This document shows positions 31,992 through 42,607 of a stretch of DNA of 64,000 nucleotides, piece by piece (the first letter of the stretch is position 1; each line of letters begins with the position of its first letter). A program made the position numbers and the translations under genes. The DNA lies in NCBI GenBank assembly GCA_963796055.1, contig CAWCKH010000004.1, positions 1,824,001 to 1,888,000 of the forward strand, written 5' to 3'. Under the pieces are notes generated by a model. That model did not search any database. It was not told where the DNA came from and saw nothing but the letters and a program-made list of their open reading frames with translations. Origin of the DNA: an uncultured delta proteobacterium (lineage in GTDB: Bacteria > Myxococcota > Myxococcia > Myxococcales > Myxococcaceae).

Positions 31992-33446
31992 ATGAGCAGT
32001 GCGGACGCGTTCTGGCAGGGCCCGAGGTTGACCCGTTCGGATTCCCTGGTGTTCCTCGGCGCGACCGGAGATCTGGCGTACAAGAAGATCTTCCCCGCGC
32101 TCCAGTCGATGGTGGAGCGGGGCACGCTCGATTGCCCGGTCATCGGGGTGGCCAAGGCCGGCTGGATTCTGGAGCAGCTGAAGGCGCGGGCGCACGAGAG
32201 CGTCCAGAAGCATGGGCCCGGGGTGCGCGAGCCGGCCTTCTCCAAGCTCATGGGGCAGCTTCGGTACGTGGACGGTGACTATGGCGACCCGGCGACGTTC
32301 ACCCAGCTGAAGTCGCTGCTCGGCGGCACGTGTGCGGCCACCCACTACCTGGCCATCCCGCCCACGCTGTTCGCCACGGTGGTGGAGGCGCTGAGCCGCT
32401 CCAGCTGTGCCACCGGCGCACGGGTGGTCGTGGAGAAGCCGTTCGGGCGAGATCTCAAGTCGGCGGAGGAGCTGAACCGCATCCTTCACCAGGTGTTTCC
32501 CGAGCAGTCGGTGTTCCGCATCGACCACTACCTGGGCAAGGAGGCGGTGGAGAACCTCCTCTTCTTCCGCTTCTCCAACACCTTCCTCGAGCCGATCTGG
32601 AACCGGAACTACGTGGAGAGCGTCCAGATCACCATGGCCGAGAGCTTCGGGGTGGAGGGGCGGGGGAAGTTCTACGAGGAGACCGGGTGCATCCGGGACG
32701 TGGTGCAGAACCATCTGCTCCAGGTCATCGGCTTCCTGGCGATGGAGCCGCCGTCGGACCTGTACTGGGAATCGGTCCGGAACGAGGTGGCGGACGTGTT
32801 CCGGGCCATTCCCCCCATCCAGCCCCAGGACGTGGTCCGGGGGCAATTCGTGGGCTACCGGCAGGAGCCCGGGGTGGCGCCCAACTCGCAGGTGGAGACC
32901 TACGCCGCGGTCCGGCTGCAAGTCTCCTCGTGGCGGTGGGACGGAGTGCCGTTCCTCATCCGCTCGGGGAAGCGCATGCCGGTGACCGCCACCGAGGTGA
33001 CGGTGAAGCTGCGTCGGCCGCCGCTGCGCAAGCTCACCCGGCGCGACGCGAACACCTTCCGCTTCCGGCTCGGGCCGGACATGAAGCTTTCCCTGAGCGC
33101 GCGGGTGAAGAAGCCGGGCCCAGAGCTGGTGGGCGAGACGGTGGAGCTGGCGGCGGTGAAGCAGCAGAGCAGCGACGAGGCGGACGCCTACGAGCGGCTG
33201 CTCACCGATGCGATGAACGGGGACGCGACGTTGTTCGTCCGCCAGGACGCGGTCGAGGCGGCGTGGGCCATCGTCGAGCCGGTCCTGGGGAGCGTCACTC
33301 CGCTGCACTTCTACGAGCCGGGCAGCTGGGGTCCGCGCGACGCCGAGCGTCTGGCGGCGGACCTCGGCGGCTGGGACGACCCGGTGGTGAGCGCGTCGGC
33401 GCCGACCGGCCCGGCGGCGGACGCCGGCGAGCGAGCGGGCCCCTAG
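31992..33446 (+). CDS. zwf: Glucose-6-phosphate 1-dehydrogenase
   Basis: [23 protein letters not shown] and RDVVQNHL. Confidence 0.97.
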   Translation: MSSADAFWQGPRLTRSDSLVFLGATGDLAYKKIFPALQSMVERGTLDCPVIGVAKAGWILEQLKARAHESVQKHGPGVREPAFSKLMGQLRYVDGDYGDPATFTQLKSLLGGTCAATHYLAIPPTLFATVVEALSRSSCATGARVVVEKPFGRDLKSAEELNRILHQVFPEQSVFRIDHYLGKEAVENLLFFRFSNTFLEPIWNRNYVESVQITMAESFGVEGRGKFYEETGCIRDVVQNHLLQVIGFLAMEPPSDLYWESVRNEVADVFRAIPPIQPQDVVRGQFVGYRQEPGVAPNSQVETYAAVRLQVSSWRWDGVPFLIRSGKRMPVTATEVTVKLRRPPLRKLTRRDANTFRFRLGPDMKLSLSARVKKPGPELVGETVELAAVKQQSSDEADAYERLLTDAMNGDATLFVRQDAVEAAWAIVEPVLGSVTPLHFYEPGSWGPRDAERLAADLGGWDDPVVSASAPTGPAADAGERAGP

Positions 33447-33772
33447 TACCCGGCGGTCCGATCTGGAACCGAGGCGATCATCGCCCCGGTGAACACCACC
33501 CCACCGGCGTTGGCGGCGGCGAGCAGGAAGCCCCACCACACCGGGTAGAACATCTCCGACGCCGGGGCGAAGAAGGGCGTGATGAGTCCCGCGACGAAGC
33601 CGCCGAAGAGCCCCAGGCCCGTCGAGGCGAACATGGAGAGGGGCACCGTCCGGGCGCCGAGGATTCGCCAGAGTGGGTGGAGGAGGATCGGGCCGAGCAG
33701 CCCGATGACCGTCCCGATGGCGGTGAAGAGAAACGCCCCGATGCCAGACACCAGATGCGGCGTGAAGACCAT
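33443..33772 (-). CDS. Small hypothetical membrane protein (about 3 TM)
   Basis: Hydrophobic [13 protein letters not shown]... preceded by GGAGAG. The stop overlaps the zwf stop. Confidence 0.65.
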   Translation of the reverse strand: MVFTPHLVSGIGAFLFTAIGTVIGLLGPILLHPLWRILGARTVPLSMFASTGLGLFGGFVAGLITPFFAPASEMFYPVWWGFLLAAANAGGVVFTGAMIASVPDRTAGY

Positions 33773-33868
33773 CGCTCTCCCTCTGAGGTGGCGCGCACAA
33801 TGCGTCGGTCCGGGCCGGATTTCCACAGGATCCGTCCGGGACCCGGTCGGCGCGGTACACTCCGGCCC

Positions 33869-34786
33869 GTGCCGCTGGAGCGGGAGCTCGGAGGCTACGA
33901 GATCGTCGGCCGGCTCGCGGTGGGCGGGATGGCCGAGGTGTACCAGGCCCGTCCGCTCGCCTCGACGACCCCGGCGGCGGGCGAGGGGCCCGAGGTGGTC
34001 CTCAAGCGGCTCCTCCCGACGTACCGCAACGACGGCGCGCACGTGAAGCACTTCATCGACGAGGCGAAGATCGCCGTCCGCCTCCAGCACCGACATGTGG
34101 TGAGGACCTTCCGCTGCTTCAAGTCGGGTGCGGACTACCTGATGGTGCAGGAGCTCGTCCCCGGACGGACGCTGGGCTACTTCCTCGAGCTGCTGATCCA
34201 GGCGGGAACGCCGATGCCCCTGCCGGCGGCGAACTACATCGGGTGGTGCCTGCTCGACGCGCTCTCGTATCTGCATGGGGGCATCGGCGCGACCCCGTCC
34301 GTCCCGCTGATGCACCGGGACGTGAATCCCTCCAACGTGCTGCTCTCGGTGAGCGGCGACGTGAAGCTGACCGACTTCGGAATTGCCGAGTTCGATGGCT
34401 TCCCGCGGGCCGACCCGGGGACGCTGCGCGGAACCGTCGCCTACATGAGCCCCGAGCAGGTGGTGGGGGAGATGATCGACGTCCGGAGCGACCTCTACTC
34501 CGTGGGGGTGATCCTCTGGGAGCTCATCGCCAACCAGCGCCTGTTCCCGCAGGCCAACGACCTCGATCTGGTGGTGCGGGTCCGCGACGCCCAGGTTCCA
34601 CTGCTCGAATTGGTCCGCCCGGGAACCCCCGAGTACCTCGCCCGGGTGGTGCGCCAGGCCACGTTCGCCGACCGCGACCGGCGCTTCCAGAGCGCGCCCG
34701 AGTTCGTCCGCGCGCTCCAGCTCGTGGCCCAGCGTAACGGCTGGCCGCTCACCGTCGAGGCACTCAACCCACTCCTCGGCCGTTAG
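33869..34786 (+). CDS. Serine/threonine protein kinase (stand-alone catalytic domain)
   Basis: GGMAEVY, VVLKR, HRDVNPSN, DFG, YMSPEQ and SDLYSVG. Confidence 0.92.
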   Translation: MPLERELGGYEIVGRLAVGGMAEVYQARPLASTTPAAGEGPEVVLKRLLPTYRNDGAHVKHFIDEAKIAVRLQHRHVVRTFRCFKSGADYLMVQELVPGRTLGYFLELLIQAGTPMPLPAANYIGWCLLDALSYLHGGIGATPSVPLMHRDVNPSNVLLSVSGDVKLTDFGIAEFDGFPRADPGTLRGTVAYMSPEQVVGEMIDVRSDLYSVGVILWELIANQRLFPQANDLDLVVRVRDAQVPLLELVRPGTPEYLARVVRQATFADRDRRFQSAPEFVRALQLVAQRNGWPLTVEALNPLLGR

Positions 34787-34790
34787 GCCC

Positions 34791-34813
34791 GCAGAGGTCT
34801 CAGACACCTCTGC
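34791..34813. repeat. REP-like palindrome copy between convergent genes (possible terminator hairpin)
   Basis: GCAGAGGTCTC-A-GACACCTCTGC, with 11-bp arms and one mismatch. Confidence 0.85.
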
Positions 34814-34856
34814 AGTGGCGACGGGATGCTCACCGGTGAGGGCAGCGCAACTCGTC

Positions 34857-36188
34857 TCAGGACGGAGACGTGCTCGGCTGCGTTCCGCCCTCGCGCGCGG
34901 TGGCGGCGGGTGCCTTGAGCCGGGTCATCCGCACCCGCCCCAGCCGCGGCCCCTGCTTCGAGGCGATGGTGAACTGCCAGCCGTCGTAGGTGAACTTCTC
35001 GCCCACCTCCGGGATGCTGCCCGCAAGCGAGCTCAGGTATCCGCCGAGGGTCTCGTACTCGCCTTCGGGCAGGGGAAGCCCGAAGGCATTGGCGAACTCG
35101 TCCACCTCGAGCATGGCGTCCACCAGGTAAGAGCCGTCGGGCTGCTGCTCGACGAGCGACTCGTGCTGCTCGAACTCGTCCGCGATGTCGCCGACGATCT
35201 CCCGGAGGATGTCCTCCAGCGTCACCACGCCCATGAACCCGCCGTACTCGTCGGTGACCATCGCCATGTGAATGCGGCGCAGCTGCATCTCGCGCAGCAG
35301 GTCGCCCACCGGCTTGATCCACGGCACGAACACCGCCGGCCGCACCAGATCTTGAAGGACGATGAGCTCCGGATGCTGCAGCAGCGGGATCAGGTCGCGC
35401 GCGTGGAGCACGCCCACGATGTGGTCGATGTCGTCCCGGTAGACCGGGATGCGGCTGTGGTTCTCCTCGGCGAGGATGCGGAGGAGCTCCGTCGGCGCCG
35501 TGGAGATCTCCACCGCGATGACCTCGGTCCGCGGGACCATCACGTCCCGGCAGCGCTTGTCCGAGAGCTCGAACACGCTGCGGATCAGCTCGGGCGCGCT
35601 GGCGTCCACCTTCTGGTTTGCCGCCTGGGCCGCGAGCATCCGCTCCAGCTCCTCCAGCGGCGGCGGCGGCGGCTCGAAGCGCGCCCGGATGCCGAACGGC
35701 CGGAGCAGGAGATTCACCCCGGTGAGGAGCACGCGGGCGAAGGGGCCCAGGATGGCGGACAGCAGCGCGGCCAGCCAGGCGAGGCGGAGCGCCGCGTTCT
35801 CCGGATCCGTGCTGGCGATGGCCCGGGCAGTCACGTCTGCCACCGTGGCCAACAGGCCCACGAAGAGCACGCCGGCCAGGGGAGCCGCGAGCGCGCCTGC
35901 GAAGCCTCCCAGCCGGGAGACGTCGAACTGCACCATCGCCGGCGGGGCGAGCGCCCCCACCCCGGCCGCCAGGAAGCCGCTGAGCACCATGCCGATGCGC
36001 AGCGAGGCGGCCGTCATCTCGCGCTGGGTGCGCAGCCGGAGCACACGCCGACCGGCCCTCCCGTGCTGGGTGGCCAGCTCCTTTGCTTTCAGGTCGGAAA
36101 CGCCCGAGAGCGCCGACTCCGTCGCGGCCATCAGGGCACGGACGATGAGGAGGGCGACGCACCAGGGCCACAGCGCCCACGACGGCAT
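34857..36188 (-). CDS. Hemolysin/CNNM (HlyC/CorC) family transporter protein
   Basis: CNNM TM region, VMVPRT, HSRIPVY, DEYGG...LEDILREIVGDI and a CorC domain. Confidence 0.93.
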   Translation of the reverse strand: MPSWALWPWCVALLIVRALMAATESALSGVSDLKAKELATQHGRAGRRVLRLRTQREMTAASLRIGMVLSGFLAAGVGALAPPAMVQFDVSRLGGFAGALAAPLAGVLFVGLLATVADVTARAIASTDPENAALRLAWLAALLSAILGPFARVLLTGVNLLLRPFGIRARFEPPPPPLEELERMLAAQAANQKVDASAPELIRSVFELSDKRCRDVMVPRTEVIAVEISTAPTELLRILAEENHSRIPVYRDDIDHIVGVLHARDLIPLLQHPELIVLQDLVRPAVFVPWIKPVGDLLREMQLRRIHMAMVTDEYGGFMGVVTLEDILREIVGDIADEFEQHESLVEQQPDGSYLVDAMLEVDEFANAFGLPLPEGEYETLGGYLSSLAGSIPEVGEKFTYDGWQFTIASKQGPRLGRVRMTRLKAPAATAREGGTQPSTSPS

Positions 36189-36333
36189 CTCGGAACCGTT
36201 AGCATGCTGGACCCAACTGTGCTGGCAGACACTCTAACCCCGCATTACGACAGGGGTAGACGCCTCCTCGGTCGGCTGATAGAGGCGGCGCCGACGCACG
36301 GCGCGGGTCCGCGGCTGTCGCACCGGAGGTGAC

Positions 36334-36573
36334 ATGGTTGCACGGGTGTACGTGACGCTGAAGCCGGGGGTCCTGGACCCGGCCGGGAAGGCCGTGGAGG
36401 GCAGCCTGCACGCGCTCGGCTTCGGCCAGGTCTCCGGTGTCCGGCTCGGCAAGTACATCGAGCTGCAGCTCCCCGACGGCAACGGCGCGGAGGCCCGTGC
36501 CCAGGTGGAGGAGATGTGCCGGAAGCTCCTCGCCAACACGGTGGTGGAGAACTTCCGGGTGGAGATCGGATGA
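36334..36573 (+). CDS. purS: Phosphoribosylformylglycinamidine synthase subunit PurS
   Basis: [10 protein letters not shown] and KLLANTVVE. Confidence 0.95.
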   Translation: MVARVYVTLKPGVLDPAGKAVEGSLHALGFGQVSGVRLGKYIELQLPDGNGAEARAQVEEMCRKLLANTVVENFRVEIG

Positions 36574-37223
36574 AGGTCGGGATCGTCGTCTTCCCCGGCA
36601 GCAACTGCGATGAGGATGCTTTTCACGTGGCGGGGCAGGTCCTCGGGCACGAGCCCCAGATGCTGTGGCACAAGGACCACGACCTCCGCGGGAGCGAGCT
36701 GGTCATCCTCCCCGGCGGCTTCAGCTACGGGGACTACCTGCGCTGCGGAGCCATCGCCCGGTTCGCGCCGGTGATGGAGGAGGTCGCCGCCTTCGCCAGG
36801 AAGGGGGGTCCGGTCATCGGCATCTGCAACGGCTTCCAGATCCTCACCGAGGCGGGCCTGCTCCCGGGCGCGCTGCTCCAGAACGCCAACCGCCAGTACA
36901 TCTGCCAGGACGTGGTTCTCCGGGCGGAGAACACCCGGACCCGCTTCACCACCGGCCTGACCCCGGGCGAGGAGCTCAAGATCCCCATCGCCCACGGCGA
37001 CGGAAACTACTTCATCGACGACGAGGGCCTGAAGCGGCTCGAGGGCGAGGGCCAGGTGGCCTTCCGCTACGTCGGCAACCCCAACGGAAGCCGGGCGGAC
37101 ATCGCCGGCATCGTGAACTCCTCGGGGAACGTGCTGGGCATGATGCCCCACCCCGAGCGGAACGCCGAGCCACTGCTCGGCAATGCCGACGGCCGCCGGG
37201 TGCTGGCCTCACTCCTCCACTGA
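36570..37223 (+). CDS. purQ: Phosphoribosylformylglycinamidine synthase subunit PurQ
   Basis: [21 protein letters not shown] and MMPHPER. Confidence 0.97.
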   Translation: MKVGIVVFPGSNCDEDAFHVAGQVLGHEPQMLWHKDHDLRGSELVILPGGFSYGDYLRCGAIARFAPVMEEVAAFARKGGPVIGICNGFQILTEAGLLPGALLQNANRQYICQDVVLRAENTRTRFTTGLTPGEELKIPIAHGDGNYFIDDEGLKRLEGEGQVAFRYVGNPNGSRADIAGIVNSSGNVLGMMPHPERNAEPLLGNADGRRVLASLLH

Positions 37224-37224
37224 C

Positions 37225-39447
37225 ATGGCCCTGAGCAAGGACGTCATCGCGCAGCACGGGCTCAGCGAGTCGGAGTACGCCCGCATCCTCGAGCACCTGG
37301 GCCGGGAGCCGAACCTCCTCGAGCTCGGAATCTTCAGTGTTCTGTGGAGCGAGCACTGCTCCTACAAGTCCTCGCGCCGCCACCTCCGCGGCTTTCCGAC
37401 GACGGGCCCGCGGGTCCTGGTGGGCCCGGGCGAGAACGCCGGTGTGGTGGACCTGGGCGACGGGCTGGCGGCGGCCTTCAAGATGGAGAGCCACAACCAC
37501 CCGAGCTACATCGAGCCCTACCAGGGCGCGGCGACGGGCGTGGGCGGCATCCTCCGCGACGTCTTCACCATGGGGGCGCGGCCCATCGCCTCGCTGAACT
37601 CGCTGCGGTTCGGCGACCCGTCCCATCCGAAGACGGCCTGGCTGCTGGACGGCGTGGTGCGCGGCATCGGCGGCTACGGCAACTGCATCGGCGTGCCGAC
37701 GGTGGGCGGGGAGGTCGCGTTCGACGAGAGCTACAACGGCAACTGCCTGGTGAACGCCTTCACCGTGGGGGTGCTGGAGTCGAATCGCATCTTCAAGGGT
37801 ACGGCCTCGGGCGTGGGGAACCCCATCCTCTACGTGGGGAGCAAGACCGGGCGCGACGGCATCCACGGGGCGACCATGGCCTCGGCCGAGTTCGACGAGG
37901 ACAGCGAGAGCAAGCGCCCCACGGTGCAGGTGGGCGACCCGTTCACCGAGAAGCTGCTGCTCGAGGCCTGTCTTGAGCTGTTCCGGACCGACGCCCTGGT
38001 CGGCATCCAGGACATGGGCGCGGCCGGCCTCACCAGCTCGTCGATCGAGATGGCGGGCCGGGCGGGGAGCGGCATCGAGATCGACGTGGCGAAGGTGCCG
38101 CGGCGCGAGGAGGGGATGACCCCGTACGAGGTCATGCTCTCCGAGAGCCAGGAGCGGATGCTCATCGTGGCCAAGCGGGGCTGCGAGGACGAGGTGCTCC
38201 GCATCTTCCACAAGTGGGACCTGGACGCGGCGGTCATCGGGCGCGTCACCGACGACGGCCGGGTGCGCATCCTCGACAGCGGGAAGGAGGTCGCGAACCT
38301 CCCGGTGAGCCCGCTGACCGACGGCGCGCCGCTGTACGACCGGCCGACCCGCCGGCCTGCCGAGCAGGATGCGCTCCAGCAGTTCGATCCGCTCTCGGTG
38401 TCTCCGGGTCGCGACCACGGCGAGACACTGCTCGCGCTGCTCGCTCGGCCGACCATCGCCAGCAAGGAGTGGCTCATCCGTCAGTACGACTACACCGTGC
38501 GCCTGGGCGCGGTGGTGCGGCCCGGGCCGGCGGATGCGGCAGTGGTGCGCGTCGAGCGGACGAAGAAGGGCCTGGCGCTGGCGGTCGACTGCAACGCCCG
38601 CTTCGTCTACCTCGACCCGTTCGAGGGTGCGCGGCTGGCGGTGGCCGAGTGCGCGCGGAACGTGTCCTGCGTGGGCGGCGAGCCGCTGGGCCTGACCGAC
38701 TGCTTGAACTTCGGCAACCCCGAGCGCCCCGAGATCATGTGGCAGTTCGCCGAGGCGACGCGGGGCATCGCCGCGGCCTGCCGCGAGCTGGGCGTGCCGG
38801 TGGTGAGCGGAAACGTGAGCCTCTACAACGAGACGGAAGGGCGGGCGATCCTCCCCACGCCGACCGTCGCGGTGGTGGGTCTCCTTCCCGACGTCAGCGC
38901 CACCTGCGCCGGCGTCTTCCGTCGCGCCGGGGACAAGGTGGCGGTGCTCGGCGAGACGCGCGGGCAGCTCGGCGGCTCCGAGTGGCTGCTGATGACCGCG
39001 GGGAAGATCGCCGGCCGGCCGCCGACGCTGGATGCCGCGCGGGAGAAGGCGTTGCAGTCGGTGGTCCGGGAGCTGGTCCGGAGCCACAGGGTCGCCTCCG
39101 CGCACGACACCAGCGAGGGCGGGCTGGCGGTGGCGCTGGCCGAGTCCTGCATGGCGAATGCGGAGGGGCCGATCGGCGCCCAGGTCACGCTCCCCGTCGG
39201 CTCGGTCGCGCCGCACGCGTACCTCTTCGGAGAGGACGCCTCGCGGGTCATCGTCTCCTACGCGCCCGAGCACGAGGCGGACATCGCCGCGGCCTGCAAC
39301 GCGGCCGGCATCCCGTTCGTCCAGATCGGCACCGTGGGCGGCGACCGTCTGGTCATCTCCGGACTGCTCGACGTGCCGGTCGCCCGCCTCTCGGACGCCT
39401 GGCGCAGCGGCATCCCGGCGCTCATGAAGAAGCCGACGCACCTCTGA
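37225..39447 (+). CDS. purL: Phosphoribosylformylglycinamidine synthase subunit PurL
   Basis: [23 protein letters not shown] and SESQERM. Confidence 0.97.
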   Translation: MALSKDVIAQHGLSESEYARILEHLGREPNLLELGIFSVLWSEHCSYKSSRRHLRGFPTTGPRVLVGPGENAGVVDLGDGLAAAFKMESHNHPSYIEPYQGAATGVGGILRDVFTMGARPIASLNSLRFGDPSHPKTAWLLDGVVRGIGGYGNCIGVPTVGGEVAFDESYNGNCLVNAFTVGVLESNRIFKGTASGVGNPILYVGSKTGRDGIHGATMASAEFDEDSESKRPTVQVGDPFTEKLLLEACLELFRTDALVGIQDMGAAGLTSSSIEMAGRAGSGIEIDVAKVPRREEGMTPYEVMLSESQERMLIVAKRGCEDEVLRIFHKWDLDAAVIGRVTDDGRVRILDSGKEVANLPVSPLTDGAPLYDRPTRRPAEQDALQQFDPLSVSPGRDHGETLLALLARPTIASKEWLIRQYDYTVRLGAVVRPGPADAAVVRVERTKKGLALAVDCNARFVYLDPFEGARLAVAECARNVSCVGGEPLGLTDCLNFGNPERPEIMWQFAEATRGIAAACRELGVPVVSGNVSLYNETEGRAILPTPTVAVVGLLPDVSATCAGVFRRAGDKVAVLGETRGQLGGSEWLLMTAGKIAGRPPTLDAAREKALQSVVRELVRSHRVASAHDTSEGGLAVALAESCMANAEGPIGAQVTLPVGSVAPHAYLFGEDASRVIVSYAPEHEADIAAACNAAGIPFVQIGTVGGDRLVISGLLDVPVARLSDAWRSGIPALMKKPTHL

Positions 39448-39572
39448 GAGCAGCGCTCACGATCGCCTTCGCGGCACTGACCGGGTGCCAGTCGGAGCGT
39501 CTCTCCAGCCAGACCAGTTGGAGAATGAAGAGCGCGGTCGGATGATGGGCGGGTGCGAGAGGGTTCCGTGAC

Positions 39573-40238
39573 TTGAGGGAGTTATGGAAGCGAACCGGCC
39601 CGGCCCGGCCCCTGGTGCTCGCACTGCTCCTCTCGGTTGCAGGAAGCGCAAGGGCTCAGGACGTCGGTGATCGGTCCCCCGTCACCTTCGTCCTGGGCGC
39701 GGCCTCGGGCTACTCGGTTCCGCTCGGCTCACCTCAGAGTGGAGCCCCGGACGCGGTCAGCAACATCCTCAAGGGCTTCATCCCGATCGATCTCGAGGCG
39801 GGAGTCCAGCTCTGGTCCCACTGGCGCTTCCTCGCCTACGGCGGTCTGGGAACCCTGGTCCGGACGACCAGCAGCTGCGTCGACATTGACTGCGGCGGCT
39901 CCATCGCCCATGCCGGGGTCAAGGTCGGCTTCTCCGGCCGCATCTCCGGCGACTGGGTCCTGGTCGCCGGGCTCGGCGCAGGCTGGCATCGGATCGGACT
40001 CTCCGCCAAGACCGTGGACAACAGCACCGAGGCGACGGCCACCGGGGTGGAAGGGATCCTCGAGTTCGCCGCCCTTTACTCGATCGCCCCCGTCTTCGAG
40101 TTGGGCCCCTTCGTCAGCACCAGCATCGTTTCTTCGTCGGGCTGGACCAACGTCGTCAACGGTCAGACCACGCAGTCCGCCGGCAACCACGTCGACGGGT
40201 ATCTCAACTTCGGCCTCAAGTTGGAGTTCCGGCTTTGA
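39573..40238 (+). CDS. Putative small outer-membrane beta-barrel protein
   Basis: Signal peptide (ARA/QD), alternating beta strands and C-terminal LKLEFRL. Start is uncertain. Confidence 0.65.
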   Translation: MRELWKRTGPARPLVLALLLSVAGSARAQDVGDRSPVTFVLGAASGYSVPLGSPQSGAPDAVSNILKGFIPIDLEAGVQLWSHWRFLAYGGLGTLVRTTSSCVDIDCGGSIAHAGVKVGFSGRISGDWVLVAGLGAGWHRIGLSAKTVDNSTEATATGVEGILEFAALYSIAPVFELGPFVSTSIVSSSGWTNVVNGQTTQSAGNHVDGYLNFGLKLEFRL

Positions 40239-40423
40239 AAGCCCCGGCTTCGAGGAGGAGGCGACGAGGGGCTCTCGCCGAGGTGGTGCAGGAGCTCGAG
40301 GGCGAGGGACGGCAGTCCGCGAGTTGAGGCGGGCTCGCCATCGGATTCCCGGCGGTCGCGATTCGCTTCAGCAGCGGAGCTGAGCGAGGCTGGACTCACC
40401 TTGCGATTGAGGAGGGACTCGAG

Positions 40424-41245
40424 ATGGCCTGGATACGCGCTACCCACTGGCTCCCCTTGCTGGCGGCAACCGCTGCCCTCGCAGCGCCGAGCGCGCCGCC
40501 GGTGCCTTCACTGAGCAAGGGGACGCTCGTCGACCTCACCCATCCCTTCGACGAGAAGACGCTCTACTGGCCGACCTCCCCCACGCGCTTCGAGTTGAAG
40601 AAGCTCTCCTTCGGTGAGACCCCCGGCGGCTACTTCTACGCCGCGAACTCTCTCTGCACGCCCGAGCACGGCGGCACGCATCTGGACGCGCCGATCCACT
40701 TCTCCAGGGACGGGAAGACAGTCGACCAGATCCCGGTCCGGCAGCTCATTGCCCCGGCGGTGGTGATCGACGTCAGCGCGAAGGCCGCCGCCGATCCCGA
40801 CTACCGCCTCTCGATGGAGGACGTGCGCAGCTGGGAGAAGCAGCACGGGAGCATCCCGCCGGGCGTGATCGTGCTGCTGCGCACCGGCTGGGGGAAGCGC
40901 TGGCCGGACAGGAAGCAGTACCTGGGCGATGACACGCCCGGCGACGCCTCGAAGCTGCACTTCCCCAGCTACGGAAAGGACTCGGCCGAGTACCTGGTGA
41001 ACCAGCGGCACGTCGGAGCGCTGGGTCTCGACACCGCGTCGATCGACCACGGACCCTCGAAGGACTTCGTCGTGCACCGGATCGCCAGCGCCGCCGGAGT
41101 TCCCGGGCTGGAGAACCTCTCCAACCTCGATCAGGTGCCGACGGTGGGCGCCTGGGTCATCGCGTTGCCAATGAAGATCGCCGGCGGATCGGGCGGGCCG
41201 CTCCGGGTCGTCGCGCTCCTTCCTGCCGGTGGTGAGCAGCGCTAA
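40424..41245 (+). CDS. Cyclase family (kynurenine formamidase-like) exported protein
   Basis: DLTH, EHGGTHLDAP, LLRTGW and KIAGGSGGP, plus a signal peptide. Confidence 0.9.
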   Translation: MAWIRATHWLPLLAATAALAAPSAPPVPSLSKGTLVDLTHPFDEKTLYWPTSPTRFELKKLSFGETPGGYFYAANSLCTPEHGGTHLDAPIHFSRDGKTVDQIPVRQLIAPAVVIDVSAKAAADPDYRLSMEDVRSWEKQHGSIPPGVIVLLRTGWGKRWPDRKQYLGDDTPGDASKLHFPSYGKDSAEYLVNQRHVGALGLDTASIDHGPSKDFVVHRIASAAGVPGLENLSNLDQVPTVGAWVIALPMKIAGGSGGPLRVVALLPAGGEQR

Positions 41246-41311
41246 GTCCTTCGAGTACCGGGGCAGCCCTCCGGTTCAGACCCGCTCGAGCGGACCGCGA
41301 GGTGTCAGACA

Positions 41312-42605
41312 CTGACGAATCCCCACTTCTCGTGAGGCAGAGCGCGAGGAAAGTCGGGAGCTTGAACGGCGCGTGGCCGCGACACGTCACGCTTGTTCTT
41401 GTGAGAAAACCAGGATCAGTAGACGCGGCCCGCGCCGCGCTTCTTGTCGCGCGTTTCACCAGCCCTCTGCAAGCAGTCCTCGACACCCGGCTCGTCAGCG
41501 CGCTGACGGTCGCAGTGACGGCGGCCTGCATGGGCGCCCAGCTGACGCTGACGTCCCTGGGGCGATGGCTTCCCGGACCAGCGCTTCGCAAGCACTCAGT
41601 GAAGCGCATCGACCGGCTCCTCGGGAACAACAGGTTGCACCTGAAGCTGGCGGCGTGTTGGGCAGCGCTGGCCGCCCTTCCCGCGAAGGGCCGCATCGTC
41701 CTCCTCATCGACTGGACGGGCGCCAACGACGGCAAGCAGTGGTGGGTGCTCAGTGCGTCCCTCGCCGCCGCTGGCAGAGCCATCCCGCTCTACGACGCCG
41801 TCTTCGGCAAGGGAGAGTACGACTCGGTCCGAGCACGGGAGACCTTCCTGCGAGAGCTCGAGCGGATTCTGCCTCCGTGCAGGCGAGTCATCTTCGTGGC
41901 CGATGCTGGCTTTCGGGTGCCCTTTCTCAAGCAGCTGGCTTCCCGCGGCTGGGACTTCGTCGTCCGTCTACGTGGCCGCCCCTACGTCCTGCTCAAGCGC
42001 ACCGGTGAGAGCTTCCGGCTGAAGGAACTCCGCCGTCGCGCAAGGCCAACGGCAGCGTCGCTCGGCCCGGCACAGGTTTGTCGAGGTAGCAAAGCCTTCG
42101 TGTGCCGCCAACTCGTGCTCTTCCGGACGCGGCGGAAGGGACGCAAAGCGAAGGACCGACTGGGCCGTGTCCGGAAGTGGCGACGGAGCCGTCACTACGC
42201 CTCCTCGTGGCGGGAACCGTGGGTGCTGCTCACGTCCCTGCCGGACGGCGCCGAGAGGATTCGGCAGCTCTACTCGATGCGCATGGCCATCGAGGAGACC
42301 TTCCGAGACATCAAGAACCCACGCCTCGGCATGGGTTTCGCCGGCTCCGCCTCACGCTCGCTCCCTCGGGTACGCGTCCTGTGGCTCATCGGCGCCATCG
42401 CCGCGAAGGTCTGCAGGGCGATGGGCGAGCACGCCGAGAAGATAGGCTCGTCCGCGGGCTTCAGGCCAACACCATCAAAGACCGACGGGTGCTCTCCGTC
42501 TTCCGTGCCGGGATGCTCGTCCTCAACATACTCCTCGCCCCCCTCCGGGACGCTCTTGGCGGTCCACCACCCCTACTGCTCGCATGAGAAGTGGGGATCC
42601 GTCAG
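41312..42605 (+). mobile_element. IS4 family, IS10-like insertion sequence (1294 bp)
   Basis: 23-bp terminal inverted repeats (CTGACGAATCCCCACTTCTCGTG and CTGACGGATCCCCACTTCTCATG, 21/23 identical). 9-bp direct repeats TGTCAGACA at 41303-41311 and 42606-42614. Confidence 0.93.
41401..42587 (+). CDS. IS4 family (IS10 group) DDE transposase, frameshift about 42446
   Basis: KHSVKRIDRLLGN, LIDWT, VADAGF, YSMRMAIEETFRDIK (YREK-type). C-terminal QANTIKDRRVLS is in another frame. Start is uncertain. Confidence 0.88.
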
Positions 42606-42607
42606 TG

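Noticed and set aside
36190..36333. Purine or ZTP riboswitch upstream of purS
   Set aside because: No recognisable consensus; only a weak hairpin.
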